Shown: positions 36,639-49,006 of the stretch, piece after piece
How the letters are laid out: every line of letters starts with the position of its first letter
Numbering within the stretch: the first letter of the stretch is position 1
Assembly (NCBI GenBank): GCA_038153405.1
Contig: JAYOYH010000010.1
Span: 31,520 to 95,519, forward strand
Direction of reading: 5' to 3'
Length of the DNA: 64,000 nt
From: Gemmatimonadota bacterium
GTDB taxonomy: Bacteria > Latescibacterota > UBA2968 > UBA8231
Program-made: the position numbers and the translations under genes
Notes under the pieces: generated by a model
The model's database searches: none
What the model saw: the letters and a program-made list of their open reading frames with translations, nothing else
Told to the model about the DNA's origin: nothing

Positions 36639-39281
36639 ATGGCGAAAAAATACGTCTACCTGTTTGGTACCCGTAAGTCAGAAGGCGATAGGAGTATGCG
36701 CAACTTGCTCGGCGGCAAGGGCGCCAACTTGGCAGAGATGTCCAGTCTCGGACTGCCTGTCCCGGCCGGCTTCACCATTACCACCGACGTCTGCACCTAC
36801 TACTACGATCACAGCAAGTCCTATCCGCGCGAGTTGAGCAAACAGATAGAGGCGGCCATTGGCGAGGTCGAAAAGAAGATGGGCGCCCGATTCGGCAATC
36901 CGCAAAACCCGCTCTTGCTCTCCGTGCGCTCCGGCGCGCGCGTGTCCATGCCGGGCATGATGGAAACGGTGCTCAACCTCGGCCTGAACGACGAGATCGT
37001 CGAGGGCTTAATCGCCAAGTCGAATGATCCGCGCTTTTGCTACGACGTGTATCGCCGCTTCGTCCAGATGTACGGCGACGTCGTTATGGGCGTGCGTCCC
37101 GAAGGCATCGAAATCGATCCCTTTGAGCAACTCATCGAGAAGAAGAAGCACAAGCGCGGCGTTAAGCTCGACAACGAACTGCTAGCCGAAGACCTCAAGG
37201 AACTCGTCGCCGAATACAAGGCCGAGATCAAAAAGCGCCTCAAACGCAATTTCCCCGAAGACCCCAAAGAGCAGCTGTGGGGCGCGGTGGGCGCCGTCTT
37301 TAGCTCGTGGCAGGGCGAGCGCGCCATCCGCTACCGAGAGATCGAAGGCATTCCCCATAATTGGGGCACTGCCGTCAACGTGCAGTCCATGGTCTACGGC
37401 AATATGGGCGACGATTGCGCCACCGGCGTAGCCTTTACCCGCGATCCCTCGACGGGCAAAAACCAGCTCTACGGCGAGTTTCTAATCAATGCCCAAGGCG
37501 AGGACGTGGTTGCCGGCATCCGCACCCCGGAGCCCGTGTCGCTTCTCAAACGCATACAGCCCAAGGCCTACAAAGAGTTTGAAGCTGTCTGCTCCCTGTT
37601 AGAGAAGCACTACAAAGACATGCAGGACATGGAGTTCACCATTCAGCAGGGCAAGCTGTGGATGCTGCAGACGCGCGGCGGTAAGCGCACGGCCGCCGCT
37701 GCGGTAAAAATCGCCGTCGACATGGTCCGCGAGCGCCTGATCACCAAGAAAGAAGCGCTGATGCGCGTCGATCCGGCCGATCTCGACCAGCTGCTGCACC
37801 CGACTTTTGCCACAGGCAATAAAAACGAGGTCATCGGCAAGGGCCTACCGGCCTCGCCGGGTGCATCCAGCGGCACCGTCGTGTTCCACGCCGACCAAGC
37901 CGAAGAGCTGGCAGCCAAAGGACAGAAAGTCATCCTCGTTCGCCTAGAAACTTCGCCAGAGGATATTGGCGGCATGCACGCAGCACAGGGCATTCTCACG
38001 GCGCGCGGCGGTATGACCAGCCACGCCGCCGTGGTCGCGCGCGGCATGGGCAAGTGCTGCGTAGCCGGCTGCGACGACATCGTGATCGATTACAGAAAAG
38101 ACCAGTTTATCGCAGGGGGCAAAACGGTTAAGAAGGGCGATTGGGTTTCGCTCGATGGATCCTCCGGTGAGGTCATGCTCGGCCAGGCGCCCACGCAGGA
38201 TGCCACCTTCTCCAAAGAATTTGCCACGCTGATGAAGTGGGCCGACGAAGCGCGCAAACTCAATGTGCGCACCAACGCCGACACCCCGCACGACTCAGAG
38301 GTGGCGCGGCGCTTTGGCGCCGAGGGCATTGGCCTATGCCGCACCGAGCACATGTTCTTTGAGGGCGATCGCATTCTCGCCGTGCGCGAGATGATCCTCT
38401 CGGACGACGAGCGCGGACGCCGCAAGGCGCTGGCTAAACTGAAGCCCATACAGCGCCGCGACTTTGAGGGCATTTTCAAGGCGATGCATGGTTTACCCGT
38501 TACCATTCGCCTGCTGGACCCGCCGCTGCACGAGTTCCTGCCCCACGAAGCGGCCCAGCAAAAGGAAATGGCCGACCAGATGAAAGTGCCGCTGCGGCAG
38601 ATCAAGCAGAAGATCGATTCGCTGCACGAATTCAATCCGATGCTCGGCCACCGCGGCTGCCGCCTTGGCATCACCTTCCCCGAAATTTACGAGATGCAGG
38701 CCGAGGCCATTTTCGAGGCGGCGATCAACGCCAAGAAAAAGCGCATTAAGGCCCTGCCCGAAATCATGATACCGCTGGTTGGAACCGTGCGCGAGCTGAG
38801 CGATCTGAAGGCGATGGTCGACCGCGTCGCCAGCGAAATTGGAAAGAAGCACAAAACCAAACTCAGCTACAGCGTCGGCACGATGATCGAGATTCCGCGC
38901 GCCGCGCTGGTAGCCGATCAAATCGCCGCCGAAGCCGAGTTTTTCAGCTTTGGCACCAACGATCTGACCCAGCTAACCTTTGGCTATAGCCGCGACGATG
39001 CGGGCAAGTTCCTGCCCGAATATGTCGAACAGGGCATTCTGCCGACCGATCCCTTCCAGACTCTCGATCAGGAAGGCGTTGGCCAGTTGGTGCGCATCGG
39101 CACCGAGCGCGGACGCAAAGCGCGCAAGAATCTCAAGGTGGGTATCTGCGGCGAGCACGGCGGCGACCCCGAATCGGTGGCCTTCTGCCACTCCGTCGGT
39201 CTGAACTACGTTTCCTGCTCTCCCTATCGCGTTCCCATCGCGCGTTTGGCCGCAGCGCAGGCCGCCATCGGCGGTAAGTAG
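36639..39281 (+). CDS. ppdK: Pyruvate, phosphate dikinase
   Basis: LLGGKGANLAEM, GGMTSHAAVVARG, GIGLCRTEHMF, SFGTNDLTQ, GICGEHGGDP. Confidence 0.98.
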   Translation: MAKKYVYLFGTRKSEGDRSMRNLLGGKGANLAEMSSLGLPVPAGFTITTDVCTYYYDHSKSYPRELSKQIEAAIGEVEKKMGARFGNPQNPLLLSVRSGARVSMPGMMETVLNLGLNDEIVEGLIAKSNDPRFCYDVYRRFVQMYGDVVMGVRPEGIEIDPFEQLIEKKKHKRGVKLDNELLAEDLKELVAEYKAEIKKRLKRNFPEDPKEQLWGAVGAVFSSWQGERAIRYREIEGIPHNWGTAVNVQSMVYGNMGDDCATGVAFTRDPSTGKNQLYGEFLINAQGEDVVAGIRTPEPVSLLKRIQPKAYKEFEAVCSLLEKHYKDMQDMEFTIQQGKLWMLQTRGGKRTAAAAVKIAVDMVRERLITKKEALMRVDPADLDQLLHPTFATGNKNEVIGKGLPASPGASSGTVVFHADQAEELAAKGQKVILVRLETSPEDIGGMHAAQGILTARGGMTSHAAVVARGMGKCCVAGCDDIVIDYRKDQFIAGGKTVKKGDWVSLDGSSGEVMLGQAPTQDATFSKEFATLMKWADEARKLNVRTNADTPHDSEVARRFGAEGIGLCRTEHMFFEGDRILAVREMILSDDERGRRKALAKLKPIQRRDFEGIFKAMHGLPVTIRLLDPPLHEFLPHEAAQQKEMADQMKVPLRQIKQKIDSLHEFNPMLGHRGCRLGITFPEIYEMQAEAIFEAAINAKKKRIKALPEIMIPLVGTVRELSDLKAMVDRVASEIGKKHKTKLSYSVGTMIEIPRAALVADQIAAEAEFFSFGTNDLTQLTFGYSRDDAGKFLPEYVEQGILPTDPFQTLDQEGVGQLVRIGTERGRKARKNLKVGICGEHGGDPESVAFCHSVGLNYVSCSPYRVPIARLAAAQAAIGGK

Positions 39282-39287
39282 GCCCCG

Positions 39288-40055
39288 ATGAGCAAGATCA
39301 TTGCCATAGCAAACCAGAAAGGCGGTGTCGGCAAAACCACCACGGCCGTCAATCTGGCCGCATCGCTTGCTGTGGCCGAACAGAAGACCTTGCTCATCGA
39401 TATGGACCCGCAGGCCAACGCGACATCAGGCTGCGGCTTTCAAGATTCCGAAGAGGTCGAGCCGGGCAATATCTACCACGCCCTGCTCGGCCACAAGGAA
39501 CCGCAAGACGTGACGCTGCAGACGAAGATTTCCTATCTCTCTCTCATGCCCTCGCACGTCAACCTAGCCGGCGCCGAAGTGGAAATGGTCAACCTCATTG
39601 CTCGCGAGCAGAAGCTAGAAACTCTGCTGTCCAAAGTTAAGGACGACTACTCCTACATCATCGTCGACTGTCCCCCCTCGCTCGGGCTGCTGACGATCAA
39701 CGCGCTAACCGCTTCGACCTCGGTTCTCATCCCCATCCAATGCGAATACTACGCCCTGGAGGGGCTGGGCAAATTGCTCAATACCGTCCGCCTCATACAG
39801 CGCCACCTCAACCCCAAGCTGCAGATCGCGGGCGTGCTGCTGACCATGTACGACGGCCGTCTCAACCTGTCGCGTCAGGTGGCCTCCGAGGTCAAGTCAT
39901 ATTTCGGCAACAAGGTCTACAAGACGGCTATCAGCCGCAACGTGCGATTGGCCGAAGCGCCCAGTCACGGCCAGCCCATCGTTCTCTACGATATCCTCTC
40001 TCCCGGTGCACAAAACTATATGAGCCTAGCAGGAGAAGTGATCAACCATGGGTAA
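39288..40055 (+). CDS. parA: Chromosome partitioning ATPase ParA/Soj
   Basis: [46 protein letters not shown]. Confidence 0.96.
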   Translation: MSKIIAIANQKGGVGKTTTAVNLAASLAVAEQKTLLIDMDPQANATSGCGFQDSEEVEPGNIYHALLGHKEPQDVTLQTKISYLSLMPSHVNLAGAEVEMVNLIAREQKLETLLSKVKDDYSYIIVDCPPSLGLLTINALTASTSVLIPIQCEYYALEGLGKLLNTVRLIQRHLNPKLQIAGVLLTMYDGRLNLSRQVASEVKSYFGNKVYKTAISRNVRLAEAPSHGQPIVLYDILSPGAQNYMSLAGEVINHG

Positions 40056-40929
40056 GAAGCCGGTCTTGGGCAAGGGCATTAACGCCCTCATTCCCCAACA
40101 CCCCGACAGCGGCAGTTCAGACGATAGCACCCGGCAGATCGTCTACATCAACGTAGACGAAATCGAGCCCAATCCCTTTCAGGCGCGCACCGAATTCAAC
40201 CCCGAGCACATCGACGAGTTGATGCGTTCGATACAGGAAAAGGGCGTGATACAGCCCATTGCGGTCAATCGCGTCGGCCAGAGCTATCACCTGATCGCCG
40301 GCGAACGCCGCTGGCGCGCCACGCGCCAAGCCGGTTTTGAGACCATTCCGGCCATCGTCCACGAAATCGAGTCGCAGCAAGACTTGATGGAGCTGTCGCT
40401 GATCGAGAATATTCAGCGCGAAAACCTGACGCCGGTAGAAGAGGCTGAGGGCTATAGGGCGCTGATGGATCGCTGTTTCCTCACCCAGGAACAGGTCGCG
40501 CAAAAAGTCGGCAAGAACCGCTCCACCGTAGCCAACCTGCTGCGCCTGCTCAATCTGCCGTTAGAAATCCAAGATTTTCTGCGCAATGGCCGCCTGCAAA
40601 TGGGCCATGCCCGCGCCCTGCTCGGACTCGACGAAGACGACGATCGCCTCGAACTAGCGCGCCGCGCGGCCGAGGAAAAGCTCACCGCGCGCGAAGTGGA
40701 GCGCGCCGTCAACGCGCGGCGCAGCGGGCGCGACAAAAAGAAGAAGGGCAAGGTCGAATCGCGCGACGCCGATCCGCTACTTCGCGATCAGGAAGAGCGC
40801 CTGCAGCACCGCTTTGGCACGGCCATTCACATCCGGCGCAGCGGCAACAGAGGGCGCATAGAAATCGAGTTCTACGACGACGGTGACTTGGATCGCATTC
40901 TCGAGCTTTTACACGACGAAGGCGAATGA
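40048..40929 (+). CDS. parB: Chromosome partitioning protein ParB/Spo0J
   Basis: [50 protein letters not shown]. Confidence 0.96.
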   Translation: MGKKPVLGKGINALIPQHPDSGSSDDSTRQIVYINVDEIEPNPFQARTEFNPEHIDELMRSIQEKGVIQPIAVNRVGQSYHLIAGERRWRATRQAGFETIPAIVHEIESQQDLMELSLIENIQRENLTPVEEAEGYRALMDRCFLTQEQVAQKVGKNRSTVANLLRLLNLPLEIQDFLRNGRLQMGHARALLGLDEDDDRLELARRAAEEKLTAREVERAVNARRSGRDKKKKGKVESRDADPLLRDQEERLQHRFGTAIHIRRSGNRGRIEIEFYDDGDLDRILELLHDEGE

Positions 40930-42341
40930 TTCGCAACGCCCTCCTGGCGCTCCTCCCCATCCTTAGCGCCTGCAGCCTCGTACACCAAGATTCACCCAAC
41001 GAAGCGCCCGTAGTTGAAATGGCTCGCTTTGTCTGCATTGGCGCTTTTGGACAGCGGGATACGCTGTCCATGGGCGAGACCTGCCTGATTCGCCGCGGCG
41101 GCGAAGTCGAGCTCAGCGCCTTTGCCACGGACGAAGACGACGATCCCTTATTCTATCACTGGACCTCTTTCGGCGCCGGCAGTTTCCGCGATTCGCTGGC
41201 GGCGCAAACGTCTTGGTTTGCACCGCAGACGCTCGAGAGTAACTCGGAGATCTTTCTCATACAGGCCAGCATATCCGACCGCGACTGCAGCGCCGTCGCA
41301 CTTGAAGAAGACCGCCAAACCTGCCTGAGCGATGCCTCTACCCAGCTCGTCTCGTTCCTCGTCAACGTCGTCCAACGCCCCCCCGTACTAAGCGCCATCG
41401 GCGATACGACGGTTTTTTTTAACACGCCCCAAGTAACCATCGATGCGCTCGCCTCGGATCTCGATGGGGATGCGCTGACCTACGAGTGGCAGCAGCTCGA
41501 CGACCATCCGGCTCTCACTATTTCCAACACGCCCATAACGGACGAAGAAGGCGATAAGCCCCTCGGCGCGCGCGGGTCGTTTATTCCGCTCTTTCCCGGT
41601 CAGTACCAGCTGCGCATTACCGTCAGCGACGGTGAACTTGTAGCAGAGCAAGACGTGAGCGTAAATGTGGTACTCGACGAAGAGCCGCCCGACGGCGGCA
41701 TGGTGCGCCTAGAATTGCCCCTACTCGACGGCACGATATATAGCTATGAGATGGACGTATACGAATATCCCAATCGCAGGGGCGAACAGCCGCAGCAAGC
41801 CACTTGGTTTGAAGCGGCCGTGCTCTGCGCGGCCGAGGGCAAGCGCCTATGCGATCCGACGGAATGGGAGTTCACGTGTAAAGGCAGCCAACAAAAGGCC
41901 TATTCGTCGCTAGACGATCCGGCCGACCTAGATCAGCTGGTCAATTTTGGCCTGCGCTTCTGCAACACGGAGCGTTCATACCACAGCACGCTCGACGCCA
42001 ACAACAATTTCGAAAATGAGATTGCCGACTCGGGCAGCTATCCAAACTGCCATTCCGGCAACGGCGTATACGACCTGACGGGGAATCTGCGCGAGTGGAC
42101 AGGTAATTTGAGCGTGTTTGGCGATTGGATAGCGCGCAGCAGTCGCAGCAGCCTAATCTTGGACGAGCCGGGTGTGGGCGCTACGTGCGAATCGCTGGAG
42201 CTCTTTGCGTTTTCTTTCCTGCAGGGGCAAGACTTCGACTTTTCCAATGCGCCCTCTATCCAACAGTTTGTCGATGGAATTAGCGCATTTGACCGACAGA
42301 GCTTGGAGCAACCCATAACGGGCTTTCGCTGCTGTCGTTAG
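40926..42341 (+). CDS. Lipoprotein with two PKD/Ig-like domains and a C-terminal formylglycine-generating-enzyme-like (FGE-sulfatase) domain
   Basis: Lipobox LSA-C; ATDEDDDPLFYHW, ASDLDGDALTYEW; MDVYEYPN, GKRLC...EWE, GVYDLTGNLREW, GFRCC. Confidence 0.8.
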   Translation: MIRNALLALLPILSACSLVHQDSPNEAPVVEMARFVCIGAFGQRDTLSMGETCLIRRGGEVELSAFATDEDDDPLFYHWTSFGAGSFRDSLAAQTSWFAPQTLESNSEIFLIQASISDRDCSAVALEEDRQTCLSDASTQLVSFLVNVVQRPPVLSAIGDTTVFFNTPQVTIDALASDLDGDALTYEWQQLDDHPALTISNTPITDEEGDKPLGARGSFIPLFPGQYQLRITVSDGELVAEQDVSVNVVLDEEPPDGGMVRLELPLLDGTIYSYEMDVYEYPNRRGEQPQQATWFEAAVLCAAEGKRLCDPTEWEFTCKGSQQKAYSSLDDPADLDQLVNFGLRFCNTERSYHSTLDANNNFENEIADSGSYPNCHSGNGVYDLTGNLREWTGNLSVFGDWIARSSRSSLILDEPGVGATCESLELFAFSFLQGQDFDFSNAPSIQQFVDGISAFDRQSLEQPITGFRCCR

Positions 42342-42721
42342 GCGGCGACCTCCATCTCATCCGCGTCGACTACCTCTTCCAATACGGGCATCTCTAACGC
42401 CGGTGCGACCACGGCCCTAGGCGAACGACGGCGCGGAGCAGCAGCCTCGGCCAGCTGGCGCACGCGCAGCAACCGCTCCTCCTCTTGCTGGCGCCTCACC
42501 ACCGCATGCGTTCGCTGCGAGCGCACCTGAGACAGCGCGCGCCGCACCACAACTTTCTCGCTTTCCAACCCGTCCAGCTGTATGGATAGCGAGTGGACCA
42601 AGCGCTCCTGGCTGCGCACGTGGTCCAACAAGCCGCGGACCTGAAAGGCAATGGCATACTTGATGACGACTGGAATAGCTAAAAAAAGGGCTGATAATAA
42701 GATAAAACCCACTTCACTCAT
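42338..42721 (-). CDS. Hypothetical membrane-anchored coiled-coil protein
   Basis: ATG 42721 after SD GAGGAG; N-terminal TM helix followed by a heptad-like segment. Confidence 0.65.
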   Translation of the reverse strand: MSEVGFILLSALFLAIPVVIKYAIAFQVRGLLDHVRSQERLVHSLSIQLDGLESEKVVVRRALSQVRSQRTHAVVRRQQEEERLLRVRQLAEAAAPRRRSPRAVVAPALEMPVLEEVVDADEMEVAA

Positions 42722-42893
42722 CGAGCATCGCTCCTCAAACACAAAGGGTCTGCTCTTGTTAAGCAACCGCTATGCCATTGACTTTGACCTGTACTAATTC
42801 TATTTTTATCAATATGTTACACTATAAGTAGACCAGCGTTAACTCGCTTCGCAACGAGCAATTTCTTCCCCTCATACTGCAAAACGCGCACTC

Positions 42894-43652
42894 ATGGACC
42901 CCGAATCACTTCGCACGCTCTTAGAACGCGTTGCCCAAGGCACGCTGCCCCCCGAGGAAGCCCTCGAACACCTTCGCGACCTACCTTTTGAAAACTTAGG
43001 TTTTGCGCACGTCGACCATCACCGCGCGCTGCGCACCGGGCACCCGGAGGTCATTTTTTGTCAGGGAAAGACGAGCGAGCAAATCGTCGCGATCGCCGAA
43101 CGGCTCGTCGAACGCCAATCGCAGGTGCTGGCCACGCGCATTGTGCCAGACGCCGCCGCCGCCCTGTGTGAGCGCTATCCACAAACGCAGCACGACGAAA
43201 TCGCGCGGACCGCGCTTATTCCCGGCCCGCAGACGCCCGGCCAGCGAGGACTGGTGCTAATCGTTTGCGCCGGCACGTCCGACCTGCCGGTGGCGCGCGA
43301 GGCGGAAATCACGGCGCGTGCCATGGGCGCACACGTTGAATCCATCGTCGACGTCGGCGTCGCCGGCATCCATCGCCTGCTGGCCTATCGCGATCGCCTG
43401 CACACGGCCAAGGTGATCGTCGTCGTCGCTGGAATGGAAGGCGCGCTGGCCAGCGTGGTGGGGGGCCTCGTCGATGTGCCGGTCGTAGCCGTGCCCACCA
43501 GCGTGGGCTACGGCGCCAGTTTCAACGGCCTATCAGCCCTGCTTACCATGCTCAACTCCTGCGCCTCTGGAGTTACCGTTGTCAATATTGACAATGGATT
43601 TGGCGCCGGTTACAGCGCGGCCCTTATCAACAACCAGAGCAGCGCAGCATAG
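42894..43652 (+). CDS. larB: Nickel pincer cofactor biosynthesis protein LarB
   Basis: VDHHRALRTGHPEVIFCQGK, AGTSDLPVA.EA, DVGVAGIHR, AGMEGAL, PTSVGYG, VVNIDNGFGA. Confidence 0.95.
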   Translation: MDPESLRTLLERVAQGTLPPEEALEHLRDLPFENLGFAHVDHHRALRTGHPEVIFCQGKTSEQIVAIAERLVERQSQVLATRIVPDAAAALCERYPQTQHDEIARTALIPGPQTPGQRGLVLIVCAGTSDLPVAREAEITARAMGAHVESIVDVGVAGIHRLLAYRDRLHTAKVIVVVAGMEGALASVVGGLVDVPVVAVPTSVGYGASFNGLSALLTMLNSCASGVTVVNIDNGFGAGYSAALINNQSSAA

Positions 43653-43656
43653 GCCC

Positions 43657-44283
43657 ATGTCGGCGGCACTGACCGTTGCCATTCTGGCCGGCGGGCGCAG
43701 TCGCCGCATGGGATGCGATAAGGCACTCCTGCGCGTTGGCGGCGTACCCATGCTGCAGCGCGTCATCCACGCCGCCCGTTCCCTTGGCGATCAGCAGATC
43801 ATCGTTAGCAACGATTCCGAGGCACACGCTCCATTTGGCTGGCCGCTCTGGCCCGATGCCTTTCCCGATGCAGGTCCACTCGGCGGCCTGGCCACAGCCC
43901 TGCGCCACGCCGACACTCCCCATCTTCTGCTCCTAGCGTGCGACATGCCTTTTCTCACTCCTGGCCTGCTGCACTACCTAGTCGACCAAGCCGGAGCACA
44001 CGAGGCCGTCGTACCCGATAGCGACGACGGTCTACAGCCGCTATGCGCCGTCTACGCGCGCTCCATCGCATCTCAGGTCGAAGCATCTATCGCGGCGGGA
44101 CGACTCGGCATGCGCGCTCTCGTTGCCCAGCTCGATGCGCGCATTATTCCCGCGCGCCAATGGCAGGTCTTTGCCGAGAGAGCAAACCCCTTTGCCAACC
44201 TCAACACGCCCGAAGAGTATCGCCAGGAGAACGAAAAAAGCCCCCGCTTTTTGCCGCGAGAGCTTGGAGAGGGAACAGGGTGA
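43657..44283 (+). CDS. mobA: Molybdenum cofactor guanylyltransferase-like nucleotidyltransferase
   Basis: ILAGGRSRRMGCDKA, GPLGG, ACDMP, QPLCAVY, NLNTPEE. Confidence 0.88.
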   Translation: MSAALTVAILAGGRSRRMGCDKALLRVGGVPMLQRVIHAARSLGDQQIIVSNDSEAHAPFGWPLWPDAFPDAGPLGGLATALRHADTPHLLLLACDMPFLTPGLLHYLVDQAGAHEAVVPDSDDGLQPLCAVYARSIASQVEASIAAGRLGMRALVAQLDARIIPARQWQVFAERANPFANLNTPEEYRQENEKSPRFLPRELGEGTG

Positions 44284-44295
44284 GGTGGGGCCGCG

Positions 44296-45183
44296 TTAAA
44301 ACCCCGCGTCGAACACGCTGAGTACCAACAGCAGCGGCAAGTAGATCACCGAAGCCTGTAGCAAGCGCCGCGCACTGAGCGCCGAGCGCGAGAGAGCCAG
44401 GCCAATCCCCGCGGCCAGAAAGCCCAGACCGAGTACAATGGCACCCACCATATACACGGTGCCCATAAGACCCAACCACGTCGGCAGCACCGAGACGGCT
44501 AACAGCATCAGCGAAAAGAGAATAACCTGTCGGCAGGTGCGCCGCCCGTCCTCTTCTACGACCGGCAGCATTTTGAACCCACCGCGCGCGTAGTCCTCGC
44601 GGAACATCCAGGCGATTGCGTAAAAATGCGGATGTTGCCAGGCAAATAAGATGAGGAAAAACACCCAAGCGCCGGTCTCCAACTCGCCCGTCGCAGCCGT
44701 CCAGCCCCCAACGGGCGGCAGTGCACCGGGAATGGCGCCCAGCGACGTATTGAGCCAACTGAGGCGTTTCATCGGGGTGTAAATAACGACGTAGAGAAAG
44801 GCCGAAAGCAGGGCGAGAAAAGCCGTCAACAAGCCGGCAAATAACAGCAGTATACACACGCCGACAAGCACTAGCACAAAGCCGTACGACATGGCCGCTG
44901 CAGGCCGAATCAACCCGGCGGGAAGCGGACGATTTCGCGTGCGCACCATCAGGCGATCGACGTCGCGCTCGAGGTAGTGGTTGAGTACGGCCGATCCGCC
45001 AACCGCAAACGCCGTTCCCAGCAGGGTGAAAAAGAGCAATTTATAGGAGTGTATGCCCTGCCCGCCGACAAAGAATCCCAGCGCACAGGTGACGAGCACC
45101 ATGAAAATAATGCGCGGCTTTGTCAGCTCCCAGTAGGCGCCCCACGGGATGGCCGAACGCTGTTTATCGGACGTGTTTTCCAT
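44296..45183 (-). CDS. ctaB: Heme o synthase (protoheme IX farnesyltransferase)
   Basis: LTKPRI, N..LERDVD.LM.RT..RPLP.G, YTPMKR, GALPPVGGW, WQHPHFYAI. Confidence 0.95.
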   Translation of the reverse strand: MENTSDKQRSAIPWGAYWELTKPRIIFMVLVTCALGFFVGGQGIHSYKLLFFTLLGTAFAVGGSAVLNHYLERDVDRLMVRTRNRPLPAGLIRPAAAMSYGFVLVLVGVCILLLFAGLLTAFLALLSAFLYVVIYTPMKRLSWLNTSLGAIPGALPPVGGWTAATGELETGAWVFFLILFAWQHPHFYAIAWMFREDYARGGFKMLPVVEEDGRRTCRQVILFSLMLLAVSVLPTWLGLMGTVYMVGAIVLGLGFLAAGIGLALSRSALSARRLLQASVIYLPLLLVLSVFDAGF

Positions 45184-45193
45184 TGTATACTAA

Positions 45194-47320
<2,127 letters not shown>

Positions 47321-47325
47321 CGAAA

Positions 47326-47646
47326 CTACTTATTCTCTTCCATCTGCTTTTTTAATTCGTCGGCGCCTTTTTTCAACAGAACCTTGCCGACTTCTATTGC
47401 TCCCTTGCCGTACTCGGCCGCTTTGCGCTTGAGCAATTCGGTCCGCACGTCGAGGTCGCTGACCGCTTCGCTATGCGTCCAGTAGAGGCCAACGGCCAGT
47501 ACAAGCGCCAGCATCACCGCGACGCGCAAAACCATGCGAATCAGACTGGCCAAAAATAGGATGGCCAGTGCGACCAGCAAGAGCGCCACCAGCGGATGTG
47601 TTTCCAAGTAAATAAACAGTGCGTCGATAGAAGCGTCTTCGCCCAT
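47326..47646 (-). CDS. Small two-TM hypothetical membrane protein
   Basis: SD AGGAGG; two hydrophobic helices and a charged amphipathic tail. Confidence 0.7.
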   Translation of the reverse strand: MGEDASIDALFIYLETHPLVALLLVALAILFLASLIRMVLRVAVMLALVLAVGLYWTHSEAVSDLDVRTELLKRKAAEYGKGAIEVGKVLLKKGADELKKQMEENK

Positions 47647-47650
47647 TGCG

Positions 47651-49003
47651 CTATCCTCCTATATCTAGGCCATTGAGTCGAGCCACCGCATCGGCCAGGA
47701 CCTGTACTCCAAATAGCACATTGGCCTCCGATACGCGCTCGTCGTGTCCGTGACACAGATCAAAAAACTCCAGACCGCGTTCCCAGCGCATCGGCACAAA
47801 GCCGTATACGACCATATCAAAATCGACGAGAAAGCGCGCATCGGTGCCCCCCGTTTGCATATAGGGAACGGCAATGCCATTCGGCTCGAAGCGCTGTAGA
47901 GCACAGGCCAGGGCATCAAAGAGCGGCGTCCGGTGGTCGAACTCGACTCCCGGGCGAAAAGAGTGCATTGCATAGCGCAGATCGCTTCCGGCCAGCGCCT
48001 CTACTTCGGTTAAGAACTCGACCTCGCTCACACCCGGCAGCGGCCGACCGCTCAGCTGCACCGTCGCCTGCGAGGGGATCACATTGCGCTTGACACCGGC
48101 CTCGAGCACGGTCGGCGCACAGGTGTTGCGCACCATGGCGTCAAACATGCCGCGCGCCGCCGCGTTGATCGGCAGCTGGGCCAGCGCAGCGTCGCAGCGC
48201 TGAGCGTCCAACAGCGCCCGCAGGTTTTCGGCAACCTGTGCGTCGCCTTGCGCATCGGCGGCGCATTCAAAAAAAGCGCGCACGCTGGGCGGCGGGCGAT
48301 GCGGCATCTTACCTCCGGCCATTGCAGCCAGCGCAGCGGCCAGGTGGAAAATGGCATTGTCGTCGTGTGGAACCGAGGAATGCCCCGGCCGACCGGCGGC
48401 CACCAAATCGAGATTGGCCGACCCCTTCTCTCCCACCTGCACGGTATAGAGAAATTGATCGCCCACCGGAATGGCAAAACCACCCGCTTCGTTGATGCCA
48501 AACTCGGCGTCAAAAAGCTGTGGATGTTCGCGCACCAACCACTCGACGCCGCAGTGACCGCCAAACTCTTCATCCGCCGCCGCCACCAGGACGATATCCC
48601 GTTTGAGGGGCAGGTCCAAGCGCTTTGCCAGCGAGACGATCTGCATATGCAGCGCACCGGTCAGCTTCGAATCAATGGCACCGCGCCCCCAAACAAAGCC
48701 TTCCGAGCGCATCCCGGCAAAGGGAGGATAGCGCCATTTATCGGGCTCGGCCGGCACCACGTCCAAATGCGATAACAGCAACAGGGGACGTTGGCTGCCG
48801 TTCCCGCGCAGGCGCACCACTAAATTGCCGCGCTTTTCCGCCGATACCAGCACGTCGCTTTCTACCCCCCACGACGTCGCCTCGGCCGCTAGGTCGCGCG
48901 CCAGAGCCAACTCATCCCCCGGCGGATTCACCGTATTAAAGCGCAGCATACGCCCCAGGCGCTCCAGCGCTTCTTCTCCTTCTGCATGCCAATCAATGTG
49001 CAT
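47651..49003 (-). CDS. M20/M25/M40 family metallo-hydrolase (peptidase/deacylase)
   Basis: SHLDVVP, GRGAID.K, ADEE, NEAGG, GH.S, GGTD, HGHDER. Confidence 0.92.
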   Translation of the reverse strand: MHIDWHAEGEEALERLGRMLRFNTVNPPGDELALARDLAAEATSWGVESDVLVSAEKRGNLVVRLRGNGSQRPLLLLSHLDVVPAEPDKWRYPPFAGMRSEGFVWGRGAIDSKLTGALHMQIVSLAKRLDLPLKRDIVLVAAADEEFGGHCGVEWLVREHPQLFDAEFGINEAGGFAIPVGDQFLYTVQVGEKGSANLDLVAAGRPGHSSVPHDDNAIFHLAAALAAMAGGKMPHRPPPSVRAFFECAADAQGDAQVAENLRALLDAQRCDAALAQLPINAAARGMFDAMVRNTCAPTVLEAGVKRNVIPSQATVQLSGRPLPGVSEVEFLTEVEALAGSDLRYAMHSFRPGVEFDHRTPLFDALACALQRFEPNGIAVPYMQTGGTDARFLVDFDMVVYGFVPMRWERGLEFFDLCHGHDERVSEANVLFGVQVLADAVARLNGLDIGG

Positions 49004-49006
49004 AAT

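Noticed and set aside
41740..42341. FGE/C-type-lectin fold as a diversity-generating retroelement target
   Set aside because: No reverse transcriptase or template repeat was seen in the window.
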